Under the pieces are notes generated by a model. That model was not told where the DNA came from, searched no databases, and saw nothing but the letters and a program-made list of their open reading frames with translations. A DNA stretch of 34,489 bases from a virus. Lineage: Duplodnaviria; Caudoviricetes. The first letter of the stretch is position 1, and each line of letters opens with the position of its first letter. This document shows, piece after piece, positions 10,501 through 18,302 of this stretch. The stretch lies in IMG/VR virus record IMGVR_UViG_3300027627_000015, positions 1 to 34,489 of that record. The stretch is one strand, 5' to 3'. A program made the position numbers and the translations under genes.

Positions 10501-11341
10501 CGGTGTCCTCCTCGGTGTCCGCGCTGACATGGCTCGCATCGATGGCAAGTCCTCGAAAAACCGGGTGGAGGGCGAACCGACTTTCAACCTCGACGTGTTC
10601 GGAGAGGTGTTGGGGATGTCACGGTTCATGGTCGAGACGACTATGTTTCAGAACGTAGGCAAAGGACTCAGAGCTGTCGCCAACGGTGAGTTCGCGGCGT
10701 ACCTCCAAAACCTGTTCCAGCAAGTTTCCGTCGTCCGTCCCGACTTCGCAAACACGGTGACGGCCATCCGCCACGCGGACCAGCCGTACCGTGTGGACCT
10801 TGCCGACCGAGGGAATGGCAAGAACGTGGTCGAGCAAGTTTGGGAAAATGTAATCAAGCACAAGAAGGGTGAGTGGGACGACTTGCCGAGGAAGCTGAAC
10901 CTGTGGGGCCAGCCGATTCCCAACGTCCCCGCTGGACGGAACCCCTACGTATACAACCTCGTCGATGTCCTGATGCCCGCGAACCAGCAGGACGCGGCGG
11001 TGACGGTCATTCGCGACGCATTCACCGCGACTGGCGACAAGGGGGTCATCCCCGGCTGGCCGAACCGCGTGCTCTCTTACAAAGACTTGCCGCAGGGAAT
11101 GTATCTCTCCGGAAAGATGTACGAGTCTTACGTCACGGCCGTGCAGGGAGCGAAGCTCGACGGGCTGAAGATGCTGATGGCGGACAAAGATTTTCAGAAG
11201 GCCGACGGCGATGCTCAGGCGAAGGCAATGCAGCGGATTTACGACCGCACCGGCGGGAAGGCCGAGCTGCGATGGCGCTACGAGCACCGCGACGAGTTGG
11301 AGGTGGAGCGCACGAAGCTCAAGGCGTTTCTAAATCGTTAG
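4529..11341 (+). CDS. Giant polyvalent DNA-ejection protein (2270 aa): zincin HExxH domain, Pro/Ala linker, KOW/SH3-like segment, WxxPDG..H..GWVR domain, SAM-lyase-like domain, helical C-terminal region
   Basis: Single long ORF ending the virion operon (T7 gp16 / P22 gp16 position). THEAAH at aa ~515-519 with EWFAE at ~596; C-terminal FQN, QRTPLNV, NLWGQPI and VIPGWP motifs resemble large polyvalent ejection proteins. Confidence 0.8.
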   Translation: MDKTLLPNPVITAWAKERDELDASSPKGSHWNDFTPDIQNSVLTQFAQKWRDSNPKNLQVDGWASDFFNRAQRKATEATPVEAAPVPQPNNATFAGAFPPNQNGLSPRRAPVTFAPRNYVPPDSDMPTQFGTHMGGQYLQSIAEKNDRIAMSAGLVTGQLTGEDLQRTLNDEFENRKLHPERFQEQPGILPRIAGELSYTIPAMVGMTVAGGGPAGLLTAGALESMSSKLLSLKDNYYALLDKGLDPAEAWQKAGTISNISAAIMGVASAVPIGQTVMAVGGGQATKETLKIALGQQLGTKAAEKVAGLAVAKGFDNAGATVLGGAAKALGGLSQTGVAKVGILASIQGAENLLAEGADISQERTQGSDTSAYRGTAGERLLFAGATGVGIGFAHAGGARILDLRSGKVAGEETAARINGVFQMLDANLRGGSAAVEQLAKINYGDGPGGNAAKLTTQAVWDAATLGQSGLKMTVEPGAHPTQPGALAQATRDTVNFYGRLVQADDTAKVATVTHEAAHPYFDQLHPDVQRAAFQRFQRELGSGESALFTRVEEDGKVRLTTREGVDPQILESWQKALRATDPEEKAKHTNTAFREWFAEHLTLSQLDFVSGRVRAAQDTSFFGSLTRDIRTRSELVGRALGVQNALLAGYRNVLDAPLRTDYNPSLTIVREAMGLKEAPAPKDAAAAPAPTPKVADPAPESIVGTAPKDATPAEQAIFLSPEALVERAKGMSVFFKPPESAVVAPESKPVVTPEPVSVTEPPAAKPTAAPAPKPEPTLEATVAKKVLKAKLKALAPELPPVEIKPEIKQIEAEPSIATKEPVAQDDIASPMPDAKFAPKPEPMSGEKFKSSPEDLGYNYGGKADAPITRVGDRVSFIRTETVLKDGKTIQSPRGRVGGEVVGFSRNGRVIVQMRQAGTATTTQQHFSGASKLRLEAALPTAVPTAAPKSKATRVAETLLERGEAITNTELWRLRDAIDAEIAPQREARRKLIEFEEGDLSKRGDDPLAPNRSLWLAPDGGTYDAEFHGATPDGSSYSHGLFIKQWVRDRLSPRRAGKFPEAEVDSARRMKARVDEMLAADPALRGDADEDGQYSIFSADQTWNQAAQERGWVRIKPMPVPTNRATIFAESAGDMSAAQRAALQLATDKGMEVRYIRGGALANRAAFSEYRAFVDRVGQEEGYLTRRGDLVDETTVGPRGALFVSPNIREGLNFNDAVTALRGERHAQVRAFAEKVDKWLPPSERHDAIGDWKDGAENSTVTMYGPDVPYKDVRVAGALLGDHARQKSVLTFRSDPFRANSALYDFILPGTFEDARVILTRHGFEHRTLVDHKDGVRVMLFDNEASLVDNVRNLSYENDIKITRVRGYGEFFGSKIDSREDAAKVFRDVAGRAGGGVQRPLLRGRDGQGDAVYFAQLRAEAERGAVADLSTRGSRRFPERAAEGDPDLKDIRDNRPDIAGYETQVIATGKAEANMKTDAELVTSADRLTDMVQTDTAKNFLVLDGLELMQRALAKGDRITAEGAFDTISKAGTTFGQLLRQFAELKATPAHVAAVVEIGLGKKGLMLQPHQKADLKAKLDAADTATAAHSAAVDAALLNPSDATYKVAEAAESVARRAKLNWVRDLEVLLPRESLSQDFLSVIQGNLLTPKSELRNFLSNYSRGVIDLPARTVGAMGDAVWSAITGTPRTVKMPTLTEGQWVAAASMRAVPDAVDTLLRGPGGSDILGERIRGFHPVGALIKALNGDLPVDMGTGRVPLKLRTAKLAEAFFGATPEPMLRGLAAFDNIAKAGLRASRMAQEVDLRSAAEGTREYAEAKLMATRQLRATAEEAALEGTFQNASAPAMAASAVEGIIRRTAGEPGVTAFRLMTSVYQRTPLNVLATTLPYLVPPLAGAQMVYHARTGNRREAGIDFGKFWVGTTIAAISDLLLRDDLISGGPESEENLRRLRSSEDMGYYRVNLTGLQRKLDGGDGKYQTGDTSVRLDLLGVPGVLLGVRADMARIDGKSSKNRVEGEPTFNLDVFGEVLGMSRFMVETTMFQNVGKGLRAVANGEFAAYLQNLFQQVSVVRPDFANTVTAIRHADQPYRVDLADRGNGKNVVEQVWENVIKHKKGEWDDLPRKLNLWGQPIPNVPAGRNPYVYNLVDVLMPANQQDAAVTVIRDAFTATGDKGVIPGWPNRVLSYKDLPQGMYLSGKMYESYVTAVQGAKLDGLKMLMADKDFQKADGDAQAKAMQRIYDRTGGKAELRWRYEHRDELEVERTKLKAFLNR
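8595..8807 (+). CDS. Putative 70-aa protein nested in the +1 frame of the giant ejection gene
   Basis: ATG in a locally AT-rich context; protein-like core KFSEMSPEEQEAVFSDPCFVDGTAKGMQYI, while the main frame turns Arg/Gly-rich over the same bases. Confidence 0.4.
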   Translation: MKMTSKSQGSVGTASSSEAKSTPAKTPRKFSEMSPEEQEAVFSDPCFVDGTAKGMQYILPSSGQKPSAEP

Positions 11342-11561
11342 GGACAACGTCTATGATGGACGAGGACACCGGTGGCGGTGCTTTGCCACGGCGCTCCCAA
11401 AAGGCGACGTAGCCCTCATTGACGAGGCGCAACGTCTCCGCGTCTGCTTCGGACAGCCATGTTCGACTGGACACGCGGCGGAACGAGAGGTTCCCCGCCT
11501 CGTCCCAGCTTAATCCTGCGAACTCGCTGTTAACTTTGGGTTTTCTAAGGTCAGGGTCCAT
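11319..11561 (-). CDS. Hypothetical protein (~80 aa)
   Basis: ATG at 11561 (MDPDLRK...); fills the gap between the converging helicase and ejection genes; the start is uncertain. Confidence 0.35.
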   Translation of the reverse strand: MDPDLRKPKVNSEFAGLSWDEAGNLSFRRVSSRTWLSEADAETLRLVNEGYVAFWERRGKAPPPVSSSIIDVVPNDLETP

Positions 11562-12844
11562 AACGACAGTCCGTTGATGCGTTTGCGGGACACGATTTTC
11601 GGAAATTGACGGGCCAACCGTCCGAGGTGAGTTCCGGCCGCGCCGGGCCAGCTCAGGAGTTTTCGGGAGATGTCGCGGCTCGGCATGGCGGCCCCGAGCA
11701 GCAAACGCTCCAAGTCCGCCGAGCCGCCGGTCCACACCGTGGCCCCCACCTCGACCACGGCGGGGAGGTCGTGCATGGCGCAGGACAAAAACAGGGATTC
11801 GGTGGAGTTGTCCTCAACGGACTCAAGCAGGGTCGGACAGTGATACTCGGCAACGCCGTACCGTGCATGGCGCAACGCGAGTGGCACCTCATGCGTGTCC
11901 ACGTGTTCAGCAAACGCGGGCAGCTCCGCCGCGATGCGCCCTGCCCACTCACCCCATTTGTCCGCAGCAGGGAGGCACGTCGGCGCGTGGCAGGAGAACA
12001 TCATCAGCTTGTCCTTGACCGATTCGTCCAACGGAGGGAGGACGTTGAGGTTCTCGCGGTCGGGGTTGAGTGAGATGCTGACGCGCCACTTGGGTTGGAG
12101 GAACAACGCCGTCTGGCCCTTGGTGTGGCAGCGTTGAAAGTGATTCACCGCAAGCTCCTTCAACCGCGCGCCGAACTTCCGGCGCGTGTCCATGTCCGAC
12201 TTAAAGAACTTGTCCTCAACGGCAAGGTGGTCTGCACCGAACAGCTCGCCGTTGAAGTCCGTCACGCCGCTCATGTAGTCGAACGGGTCAGCCTGACGCC
12301 CGCCGAACATCACGGTGATGATGTGTGATTGCAGGAACGACTTGCCGATGCCGTGCTTCCCGCTTAGGACAACGACCTGACCGGGGAGCACCGTCGTGCC
12401 GAAGATGCTGCGCCGACCCTGTTGCAGCCACCCGAGGAAGTGAGGAAGCTGGACGGGGCCGAGCAGTTGGTTGAGGTACTCGGCCAGCGTTGGCCACTCG
12501 CCCTTGGTCGCCACCGTCGGCTTGGCTCCGTCCAGCACAAGGAACCGTTGGCTGGCCATCTCATACAGCCCCGCCTTGTGTCCCGACAGCTTGCCGAACG
12601 AGTGAGCTTTGTTGTGCCGCTGGTAGGCGAGGAGGCACTCTTCCAGCGGGGAGACATCCGAGCCGCGTGCGATTTTCTGGCTGATGCCAAGTTCCCGAAG
12701 CCGACGGACGACGTTGCGCTCATCAACCGTGTCCCATTCTCCGTTGCGGTCAGCGAGGTGGTAACGGGTCGGGTTGTAGGTGACGACTGCGTCCAGCGGC
12801 ACGGGGACTCCGTCAATAAGGGGGCGGTGGGGCGTGATAATCAT
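11510..12844 (-). CDS. SF3/D5-like (DUF5906-type) primase-associated helicase
   Basis: Walker A VVVLSGKHGIGKS, FNGEL motif, Walker B-like LAVED, ISLN sensor; coupled to the primase gene. Confidence 0.82.
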   Translation of the reverse strand: MIITPHRPLIDGVPVPLDAVVTYNPTRYHLADRNGEWDTVDERNVVRRLRELGISQKIARGSDVSPLEECLLAYQRHNKAHSFGKLSGHKAGLYEMASQRFLVLDGAKPTVATKGEWPTLAEYLNQLLGPVQLPHFLGWLQQGRRSIFGTTVLPGQVVVLSGKHGIGKSFLQSHIITVMFGGRQADPFDYMSGVTDFNGELFGADHLAVEDKFFKSDMDTRRKFGARLKELAVNHFQRCHTKGQTALFLQPKWRVSISLNPDRENLNVLPPLDESVKDKLMMFSCHAPTCLPAADKWGEWAGRIAAELPAFAEHVDTHEVPLALRHARYGVAEYHCPTLLESVEDNSTESLFLSCAMHDLPAVVEVGATVWTGGSADLERLLLGAAMPSRDISRKLLSWPGAAGTHLGRLARQFPKIVSRKRINGLSLWTLTLENPKLTASSQD

Positions 12845-13767
12845 TTCGGAATGGTGGTGTCTAGGTAAAGGAGTTCTTGGATGCGCCCGGTGTCGCGGCG
12901 GTAGCCGGGGGCGCGGACGGGTTGCGCAAGACGGAGGGTCGCGGGGTCAACGCCGAGGGCGGGGAGCACGGCGATGGCCCACTCGTGAGCCTCGGCGTCG
13001 TATGTGAACCACCCGTGCAGCGACTTATTGCCGCTGTCTATGACAGCCCGGAGGCGCAGGTTAGGGCGCACCGTCAGCAAGTACTTAAACACTGCGCCAG
13101 ACATCTCGCGGTTCAGCACGGGGTCGGGGTGTAGCTCGTCGCATTCGATGACCATGTGGCGGGGGGTTTCGATGCGCTCGACGGTGCGGGAGACGCCGCC
13201 CGCCGTGAACGGGTTGGCGCAGATGAACGGGGCGGGCGGTATGGCAAGCTGCCGCCATGCGGTGACACGGCGGAAGTTCCGAAGATGCATCGAAGAGCCA
13301 CTGTGATGCGGTTCGCCGACCCAAAGCGTGTCCTTCTCGTCGAACAGGTCGAGGAGTTGAGGCCACCCGTAGGGTCGGATGGGCACGGGGGACGCGGCGC
13401 GCAGCGTGTTCAGAGGCCACGCATACCCAGTCAAAACCGCGTCCTTCGCCACGGCGAGCCGCCGCGCTTGGCGCTCGTATTCCATCTGCCGCTCGCGCCG
13501 AGCCTCTTGCTGCGGTGTCGGCGGGGGCGGCGTCCAGTCACCCTGCTCGAGCAGCGCTCGGCGCAGAAGGATGTTGGCCTCGCGCACCTTCATGCGGCAG
13601 CCCTTGTGCAGACAGAAAATGGTCGGCACGCGGTCCAAGTAGAGGCGCGTGTCCCGTGCGCCCGTGGCGGTGGTGTGCAGTTCCGCGCCGGGGCAGTTGA
13701 TGAACCCGCTCCGGTGAAGCACTTGCCAGTCAACGGGGCCAAGGATGGTTGTGAGGTCAGCGTTCAT
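12841..13767 (-). CDS. Archaeo-eukaryotic (RepB-like) primase with N-terminal Zn-binding motif
   Basis: CPG..H...C.H..C N-terminus; HMVIECD and VIDSGNKSLHGWF AEP motifs; PVRAPG. Confidence 0.78.
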   Translation of the reverse strand: MNADLTTILGPVDWQVLHRSGFINCPGAELHTTATGARDTRLYLDRVPTIFCLHKGCRMKVREANILLRRALLEQGDWTPPPPTPQQEARRERQMEYERQARRLAVAKDAVLTGYAWPLNTLRAASPVPIRPYGWPQLLDLFDEKDTLWVGEPHHSGSSMHLRNFRRVTAWRQLAIPPAPFICANPFTAGGVSRTVERIETPRHMVIECDELHPDPVLNREMSGAVFKYLLTVRPNLRLRAVIDSGNKSLHGWFTYDAEAHEWAIAVLPALGVDPATLRLAQPVRAPGYRRDTGRIQELLYLDTTIPK

Positions 13768-13768
13768 T

Positions 13769-13861
13769 AAGTGAGTTCACTGTTGGGGCCGGTGACTTGT
13801 CCGGTGACTTGTCCGGCGATAGGTTCATGTCTAGTTCAAAGTGAGTTCACTGTTGGGGCCG
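13769..13861. repeat. 23-bp direct repeat flanking a 12-bp tandem repeat
   Basis: AAGTGAGTTCACTGTTGGGGCCG at 13769-13791 and 13839-13861; CCGGTGACTTGT twice at 13789-13812. Confidence 0.9.
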
Positions 13862-13989
13862 ATGCAGGGGCAGTCAGCGTAGTGAGCCTCGTGCAGCGGG
13901 CACCACGGTTCACCGCAGCACGGGCACTCGGGTAGGTCTGCGGCGTAGACCGTGAGGACGATGGGAATGTGCGGCGTCTCCTCGCTCAT
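13831..13989 (-). CDS. Small Cys/His-rich protein (52 aa)
   Basis: MSEETPH...CPCCGEPWCPLHEAHYADCPC; ATGA overlap with the upstream ORF. Confidence 0.55.
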   Translation of the reverse strand: MSEETPHIPIVLTVYAADLPECPCCGEPWCPLHEAHYADCPCIGPNSELTLN

Positions 13990-14171
13990 TCCTGCGGCCC
14001 TTCCTGTTCCGCCTTCTCCTCTTCGCGGCGCTCGACGCACGCCTCGCAGTGGCCGTTCTCGTCCAGCTCGTACGCCATGAGTGGCTCCTTGCAGTCAGAG
14101 CACTTCTCCTCGTATTCACCGGCGGATTGGTTGATGTCATTCACGGAACATCCGGGGGGTAGGTCGCTCAT
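13986..14171 (-). CDS. Small Zn-finger protein (61 aa)
   Basis: LPPGC N-terminus, CSDC...CEAC, acidic tail; ATGA overlap with the PolA stop. Confidence 0.6.
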   Translation of the reverse strand: MSDLPPGCSVNDINQSAGEYEEKCSDCKEPLMAYELDENGHCEACVERREEEKAEQEGPQE

Positions 14172-15925
14172 TTGGTGTATGCGTTTTCAACACTGCCCTC
14201 GGCCGCGAGTGGCAGATGGGTTGCCCATTCGGGCGGGGTGGAGAGGATGCGGATGGTTTCGGCCAAGGCTTCCGCGCCGCTAGCGGTGTCCACCTCGATG
14301 ATGACTTCGTCGTGGACGTGCCAGATGACCGGGAGTCCAGCGGCTTCGAGGCGGAGCAGGGCGTCCGCGAACACGTCCCGCGCCACGGCTTGCACCACGT
14401 TCTCGCAGAGCTTGCCGCCCCACGTCCCACTGCGGGGGCCGTTCTTGACCGTGCCCGCAATCATGCGGTGCGGGTCTTCGGGGTCGGGGCCGGGCCGCGT
14501 CCAGCGCATCTCGCGACCGGATGGCAAAGCGTACAAAAAGTCGTTGCGCCGCGTGGACGCCCCAGCGAGTTGGTGGTCGAGCGCGCGCCAGTAGGCGGTG
14601 ATGTCGGGGTTGGTCCTCCGCCACGCGCGGACGACCTTGTCGCACTCGTCCTCGCCGAGGACCAACCCCGCCATCGCTTGGGCGACGGACTTGAACTTCC
14701 CCGCGCCGCAGCCGTAGCCGAGTCCGAGGACACGGGCTTTGGCGAGACGGTAGAGGTCGGGGTTCTGGTCCTTCAGCTTCCCGCCCGTCCACCCCATTGT
14801 GGCGCGGGCGTGGGCTTCATACAGAGGCATCCCCGCACGCAGCGCGGAGAGCATCCCCATGTCATCAGCTAGCCATGAAAGAACACGCGGTTCGATTTGT
14901 GAAAGGTCAACGATTACGAAGACCTTGCCCGGAGTGGGTCGTAGCAGTGGCCGGAGATTGGCCCCGTACATCTCCCCGCGTGGAAGATTTTGTAAATTGA
15001 CACCCGCGTCGCCAGACCAGCGCCCCGTGTGTGCGCCCCAATACTTGAGGTTGACCGGCATGGTGCCGTCCTCGCGGACGCGCCGCTCGATGCCCTCGAA
15101 CTTTCGCAGCAGCATATTCACGCGACGGTAGTCACGGATGGCGCGGATAAACGGGAATTGCTCCGAGTACTGGTCCTCCCATTGCACGCATTCCTCGCTG
15201 TCCTTGGCCATCGACGCGGGGGCTGGGACACCAACGGTCCGGCAGTAGTTTCGCAGCACAGCGAGGGAGAGGACCGCCTCGCCGCCAGCGGCCCACGGAA
15301 TCCCCTGCGCTGCGGCGTCCTTCGCCGCGCGCAACGTGTCCATCCCTGCCTTCAATCCGTCGGTGTCGATGTTGACGCCGCGCCAGATGAGCGCCCGCGT
15401 GTGGGCTGAGAGGCGGCGCTCATGCGCGGGCCAGAGGGGGGCGTGCTCGGTCCACAGCTTGAGGCAGAGTTCGGAGTCACGGCGGGCGTACGCCAGCAGC
15501 TCCTTGTCCTTGCCCTTCGCCACGGCGTCGGCCCAGCGTTTGCCGGACATCCAGTTCCGCATCAGCTTGGATACCTTCTCGCCGAAGGCGGCCTCAGTCG
15601 CATCCGCGAGGGCGCGGGGCAGCCCGCAATACGCAGCGAGGTCGGCGGAGCAGGACCACGAGCGAGGGGTGAACGCGGGGAACATCTTCCGCGTCACCCC
15701 CGCCTGATAAACCGTGGCATCGAACGCCGCGTTGTGGCTGACGAGGTCTTTCCCCGCCAAGGTTGGCCAGTTGAACGCCGCTGCATCGCCGACGTAATCC
15801 ATCCCCTCCCCCCGCACGGACACCATGTAGATGTCCGTGTCGGGGTGGTGCGCGTAGGCCCACGGCCCGTGGTCGCTCACCGTGTGGGCGCGGGAATAAT
15901 ACGTCTCGAAGTCAACGGCTATCAT
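14168..15925 (-). CDS. polA: Family A DNA polymerase with 3'-5' exonuclease
   Basis: ExoI IAVDFET, ExoII HNAAFD, ExoIII YARRD; TGRWSG..NLQN, motif A DLSQIEPR, motif B KARVLGLGYG, motif C HVHDE. Start taken as ATG at 15925. Confidence 0.95.
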   Translation of the reverse strand: MIAVDFETYYSRAHTVSDHGPWAYAHHPDTDIYMVSVRGEGMDYVGDAAAFNWPTLAGKDLVSHNAAFDATVYQAGVTRKMFPAFTPRSWSCSADLAAYCGLPRALADATEAAFGEKVSKLMRNWMSGKRWADAVAKGKDKELLAYARRDSELCLKLWTEHAPLWPAHERRLSAHTRALIWRGVNIDTDGLKAGMDTLRAAKDAAAQGIPWAAGGEAVLSLAVLRNYCRTVGVPAPASMAKDSEECVQWEDQYSEQFPFIRAIRDYRRVNMLLRKFEGIERRVREDGTMPVNLKYWGAHTGRWSGDAGVNLQNLPRGEMYGANLRPLLRPTPGKVFVIVDLSQIEPRVLSWLADDMGMLSALRAGMPLYEAHARATMGWTGGKLKDQNPDLYRLAKARVLGLGYGCGAGKFKSVAQAMAGLVLGEDECDKVVRAWRRTNPDITAYWRALDHQLAGASTRRNDFLYALPSGREMRWTRPGPDPEDPHRMIAGTVKNGPRSGTWGGKLCENVVQAVARDVFADALLRLEAAGLPVIWHVHDEVIIEVDTASGAEALAETIRILSTPPEWATHLPLAAEGSVENAYTK

Positions 15926-15926
15926 A

Positions 15927-16490
15927 TCAATCCAGAAGCAAGCCGACCTTGACCTTGAGGTCATCAAGGTTGCCGTCATTGAACACCGCCTCGGGGGCGA
16001 ATTTCGCGGCCTCGCTCCCGTGAGGCCACACCTCCGTGCAGTGTGCGTCCAACTCGCCGGTTTCACGGATGACACGGATGAGTCGAGCGCCGCGTTCTTG
16101 CAACGCGTGTGCCTCGTTCGCAAACCGGATGTCAGTGACAACGACGAGCGGCGTCTTGACATGGGACAGTTTGCGAACGAGTGCCTTTATCCAGTAGTCG
16201 CGGTCGAACAAGTCGCGGCGCAACTCCGTGCCCCACTGCTGGAGTAGAACACGGAGTTCTGTTTTGTGGGATTCGACCCACGCCACCGGCATCCCGATTG
16301 CGTCGGCGACCTCTTCCTTCACCCCGTCGGCGAAGGCGAGGCGGGTCGCAGGGCGTTGCTCCGCGATGAGGCGATACACCGCGTCCTTGCCCGCACCCTT
16401 GCTCCCGATGAGGCCGATGATTTCCTGCGCAGCAGGGCGCACCCCATCCCCATCGAGGCTCAACGCTGACTGTGTCTGTGTGTCTGTCAT
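15927..16490 (-). CDS. Deoxynucleoside monophosphate kinase
   Basis: IIGLIGSKGAGKD P-loop, LAFADGVK, R.LLQ.WGTE, VVVTDIRF.NE, NDGNLDDL. Confidence 0.9.
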   Translation of the reverse strand: MTDTQTQSALSLDGDGVRPAAQEIIGLIGSKGAGKDAVYRLIAEQRPATRLAFADGVKEEVADAIGMPVAWVESHKTELRVLLQQWGTELRRDLFDRDYWIKALVRKLSHVKTPLVVVTDIRFANEAHALQERGARLIRVIRETGELDAHCTEVWPHGSEAAKFAPEAVFNDGNLDDLKVKVGLLLD

Positions 16491-17227
16491 ACGATGCTCT
16501 CGAGGTAAGCACGAAGGCTCTCTGAGTTCAAGGCTCCGGGCGTGACTTCGGGGATGAACACCGAGTTCGAGCCGAACTTGGCCTTGCTCACGGTCAAGAG
16601 CCACGACTGCTCGACGAACGACTTGAGGTACATCTGGCGGGCAGACAGTAACGACTTGCCCGCCGCGTTGTATGCGCTGGGGGAGGACAGGGACCAGAGG
16701 GCCAGCGCGTACCGCTTGCCTTCGTGGACCATAGCGAACTCCGGCGCGGTGTCATTGCCAGCGGCACCGTGGATGGCGACGACGCAGTCCAGCACCGGCT
16801 TGGCCGTGGCGTCGATGCCGGTCTTCCACTTCGGCTCCATCGTGAGGCCCGCCGCCTCGACTTCCTTGTGGGTCTCAAACACCTTCGGGCGAATCTCGTC
16901 GCCATAGGCGCGGATTTCCATGAAGTACTTCCTGGCGCGGACGATGGTCAGCGTCACGGCCTGTCCGAACGGGGCGACCACGAGCCGCTTGTTGATGAGG
17001 ATTGTTCCTCCGGGGAACATCTCGGATAAATCACCCACCTTCTGCACGATGGCGAGGCGCGGGATGATGAGGTCGGACTTGTCCATCTCCCCGCTGAACC
17101 CACCATCGCCCGACGGGATGGGTGCGGGCAGATTTGACGCCTCTTCGACGGAGGCGGACGCCTTGCGGGCGACCGTGGGCGGGGTGTCCGAGGCGATGTC
17201 TGCGACTGCGGCTGCGAATGATTTCAT
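16487..17227 (-). CDS. Putative ssDNA-binding/recombination protein
   Basis: DLIIPRLAIVQ motif and beta-rich core; located between the Cas4-like nuclease and the dNMP kinase/PolA genes, where phage SSBs usually lie. Confidence 0.5.
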   Translation of the reverse strand: MKSFAAAVADIASDTPPTVARKASASVEEASNLPAPIPSGDGGFSGEMDKSDLIIPRLAIVQKVGDLSEMFPGGTILINKRLVVAPFGQAVTLTIVRARKYFMEIRAYGDEIRPKVFETHKEVEAAGLTMEPKWKTGIDATAKPVLDCVVAIHGAAGNDTAPEFAMVHEGKRYALALWSLSSPSAYNAAGKSLLSARQMYLKSFVEQSWLLTVSKAKFGSNSVFIPEVTPGALNSESLRAYLESIV

Positions 17228-17231
17228 ATGA

Positions 17232-18302
17232 TTACTTTTTTCTGAGGTATCTGATGGTTTGTTGTTCGTTGTCGGTCTGCTGTACTACTCCCGCCGCTGA
17301 CAGGCGGCGGAAAATCTCTTCCTCGGCGGCGTCCTTCTTGCCACGGGGGGCGGCGCTGCGGGCCGCGCTTTTCAGTTTGGACAAGGACACGGACACTGCG
17401 CCGTGGAACGCATCCAAGGACACCATGTCCCGTACGGCGGCGTACGCGGCGTTCGCGTCGTCGATGGTCACTGCCTTGGCGCGTTCAGCCAGCGTGTGCC
17501 GCGTCAGTGGCTCCCCTGCCATCGCCCGCTCAGTAAGCTCGGCCTTCACCGAGGACACCCAGCGGTCCATGACGCGGGCGACCGGCATCGCCACGGTGTC
17601 GAGCATTTGCGTGGACATCTTGGACGGGGACACCTCCATGAGGATGGCGGGCATGTCGAGGTCGTATCGTTGCGCCACGGCGACGGCAGACCGGGCGATG
17701 GCGGGGCACGTCGCGAGTTTTGCGCAGTACGAGCACGCCTCGCACGGCGTCGCAGGGCTGTCCACGGTCAGCTCGTCGAACAGCTTCTCCAACTTCGCGC
17801 GGTACGCATAGAGGTGCGCTCGCTCCAGCACCACGGATGATGCTTCATCGCGGCGCGGCGTGAGTAACCACGCTTGGATGCGATGCACCAAGGGGAAGGC
17901 GTCGAACGCCCCAACGGCGTAGGCGAGGGCTTGCAGGTTCACGTTCGCCTCGGGCACGGAGAGGCGACCGAACTTGAAGTCAATGAGGTGTGCCAGTCCA
18001 CCGGGGCGGAGGATGAAGCGGTCGCACGTACCGAACGTCTCGTGCGTGCCGAGCTTGATGGCGAGACGTATCTCGCGGTGCTCCGCCACGGCTCCGGCTT
18101 GGAGCGGTTTGAGGAACGCTTGAACCGTGTCATAGACACCGAGTTGCTCGCCGTCCAAGGCGTCGCAGTTGTCGGCCTCCATCGCGGCGTGCATCAGCGT
18201 GCCCTCGATGCTGGCGAGGGATTCTTCTTGGCGGGTCTCCCACTGGCGGCATTGCTGCCGATAGTTCAATGAGGACGGGGATATTTCTGCGTGAGCGGTC
18301 AT
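17232..18302 (-). CDS. Cas4-like PD-(D/E)xK exonuclease (DUF2800 type)
   Basis: HAEISPSS, GTLMH, GTCD, IDFKFG, NLQALAY and C-terminal CEACSYC...C cluster. Confidence 0.88.
   Translation of the reverse strand: MTAHAEISPSSLNYRQQCRQWETRQEESLASIEGTLMHAAMEADNCDALDGEQLGVYDTVQAFLKPLQAGAVAEHREIRLAIKLGTHETFGTCDRFILRPGGLAHLIDFKFGRLSVPEANVNLQALAYAVGAFDAFPLVHRIQAWLLTPRRDEASSVVLERAHLYAYRAKLEKLFDELTVDSPATPCEACSYCAKLATCPAIARSAVAVAQRYDLDMPAILMEVSPSKMSTQMLDTVAMPVARVMDRWVSSVKAELTERAMAGEPLTRHTLAERAKAVTIDDANAAYAAVRDMVSLDAFHGAVSVSLSKLKSAARSAAPRGKKDAAEEEIFRRLSAAGVVQQTDNEQQTIRYLRKK

Noticed and set aside
15926-16162. 79-aa N-terminal extension of PolA in the ORF track
   Set aside because: Overlaps the dNMP kinase gene; the exonuclease domain begins at MIAVDFET (15925).
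17232-18302. Cas4 of a CRISPR system
   Set aside because: Sits in a replication operon, as is usual for phage DUF2800-type exonucleases; no array or other cas genes.
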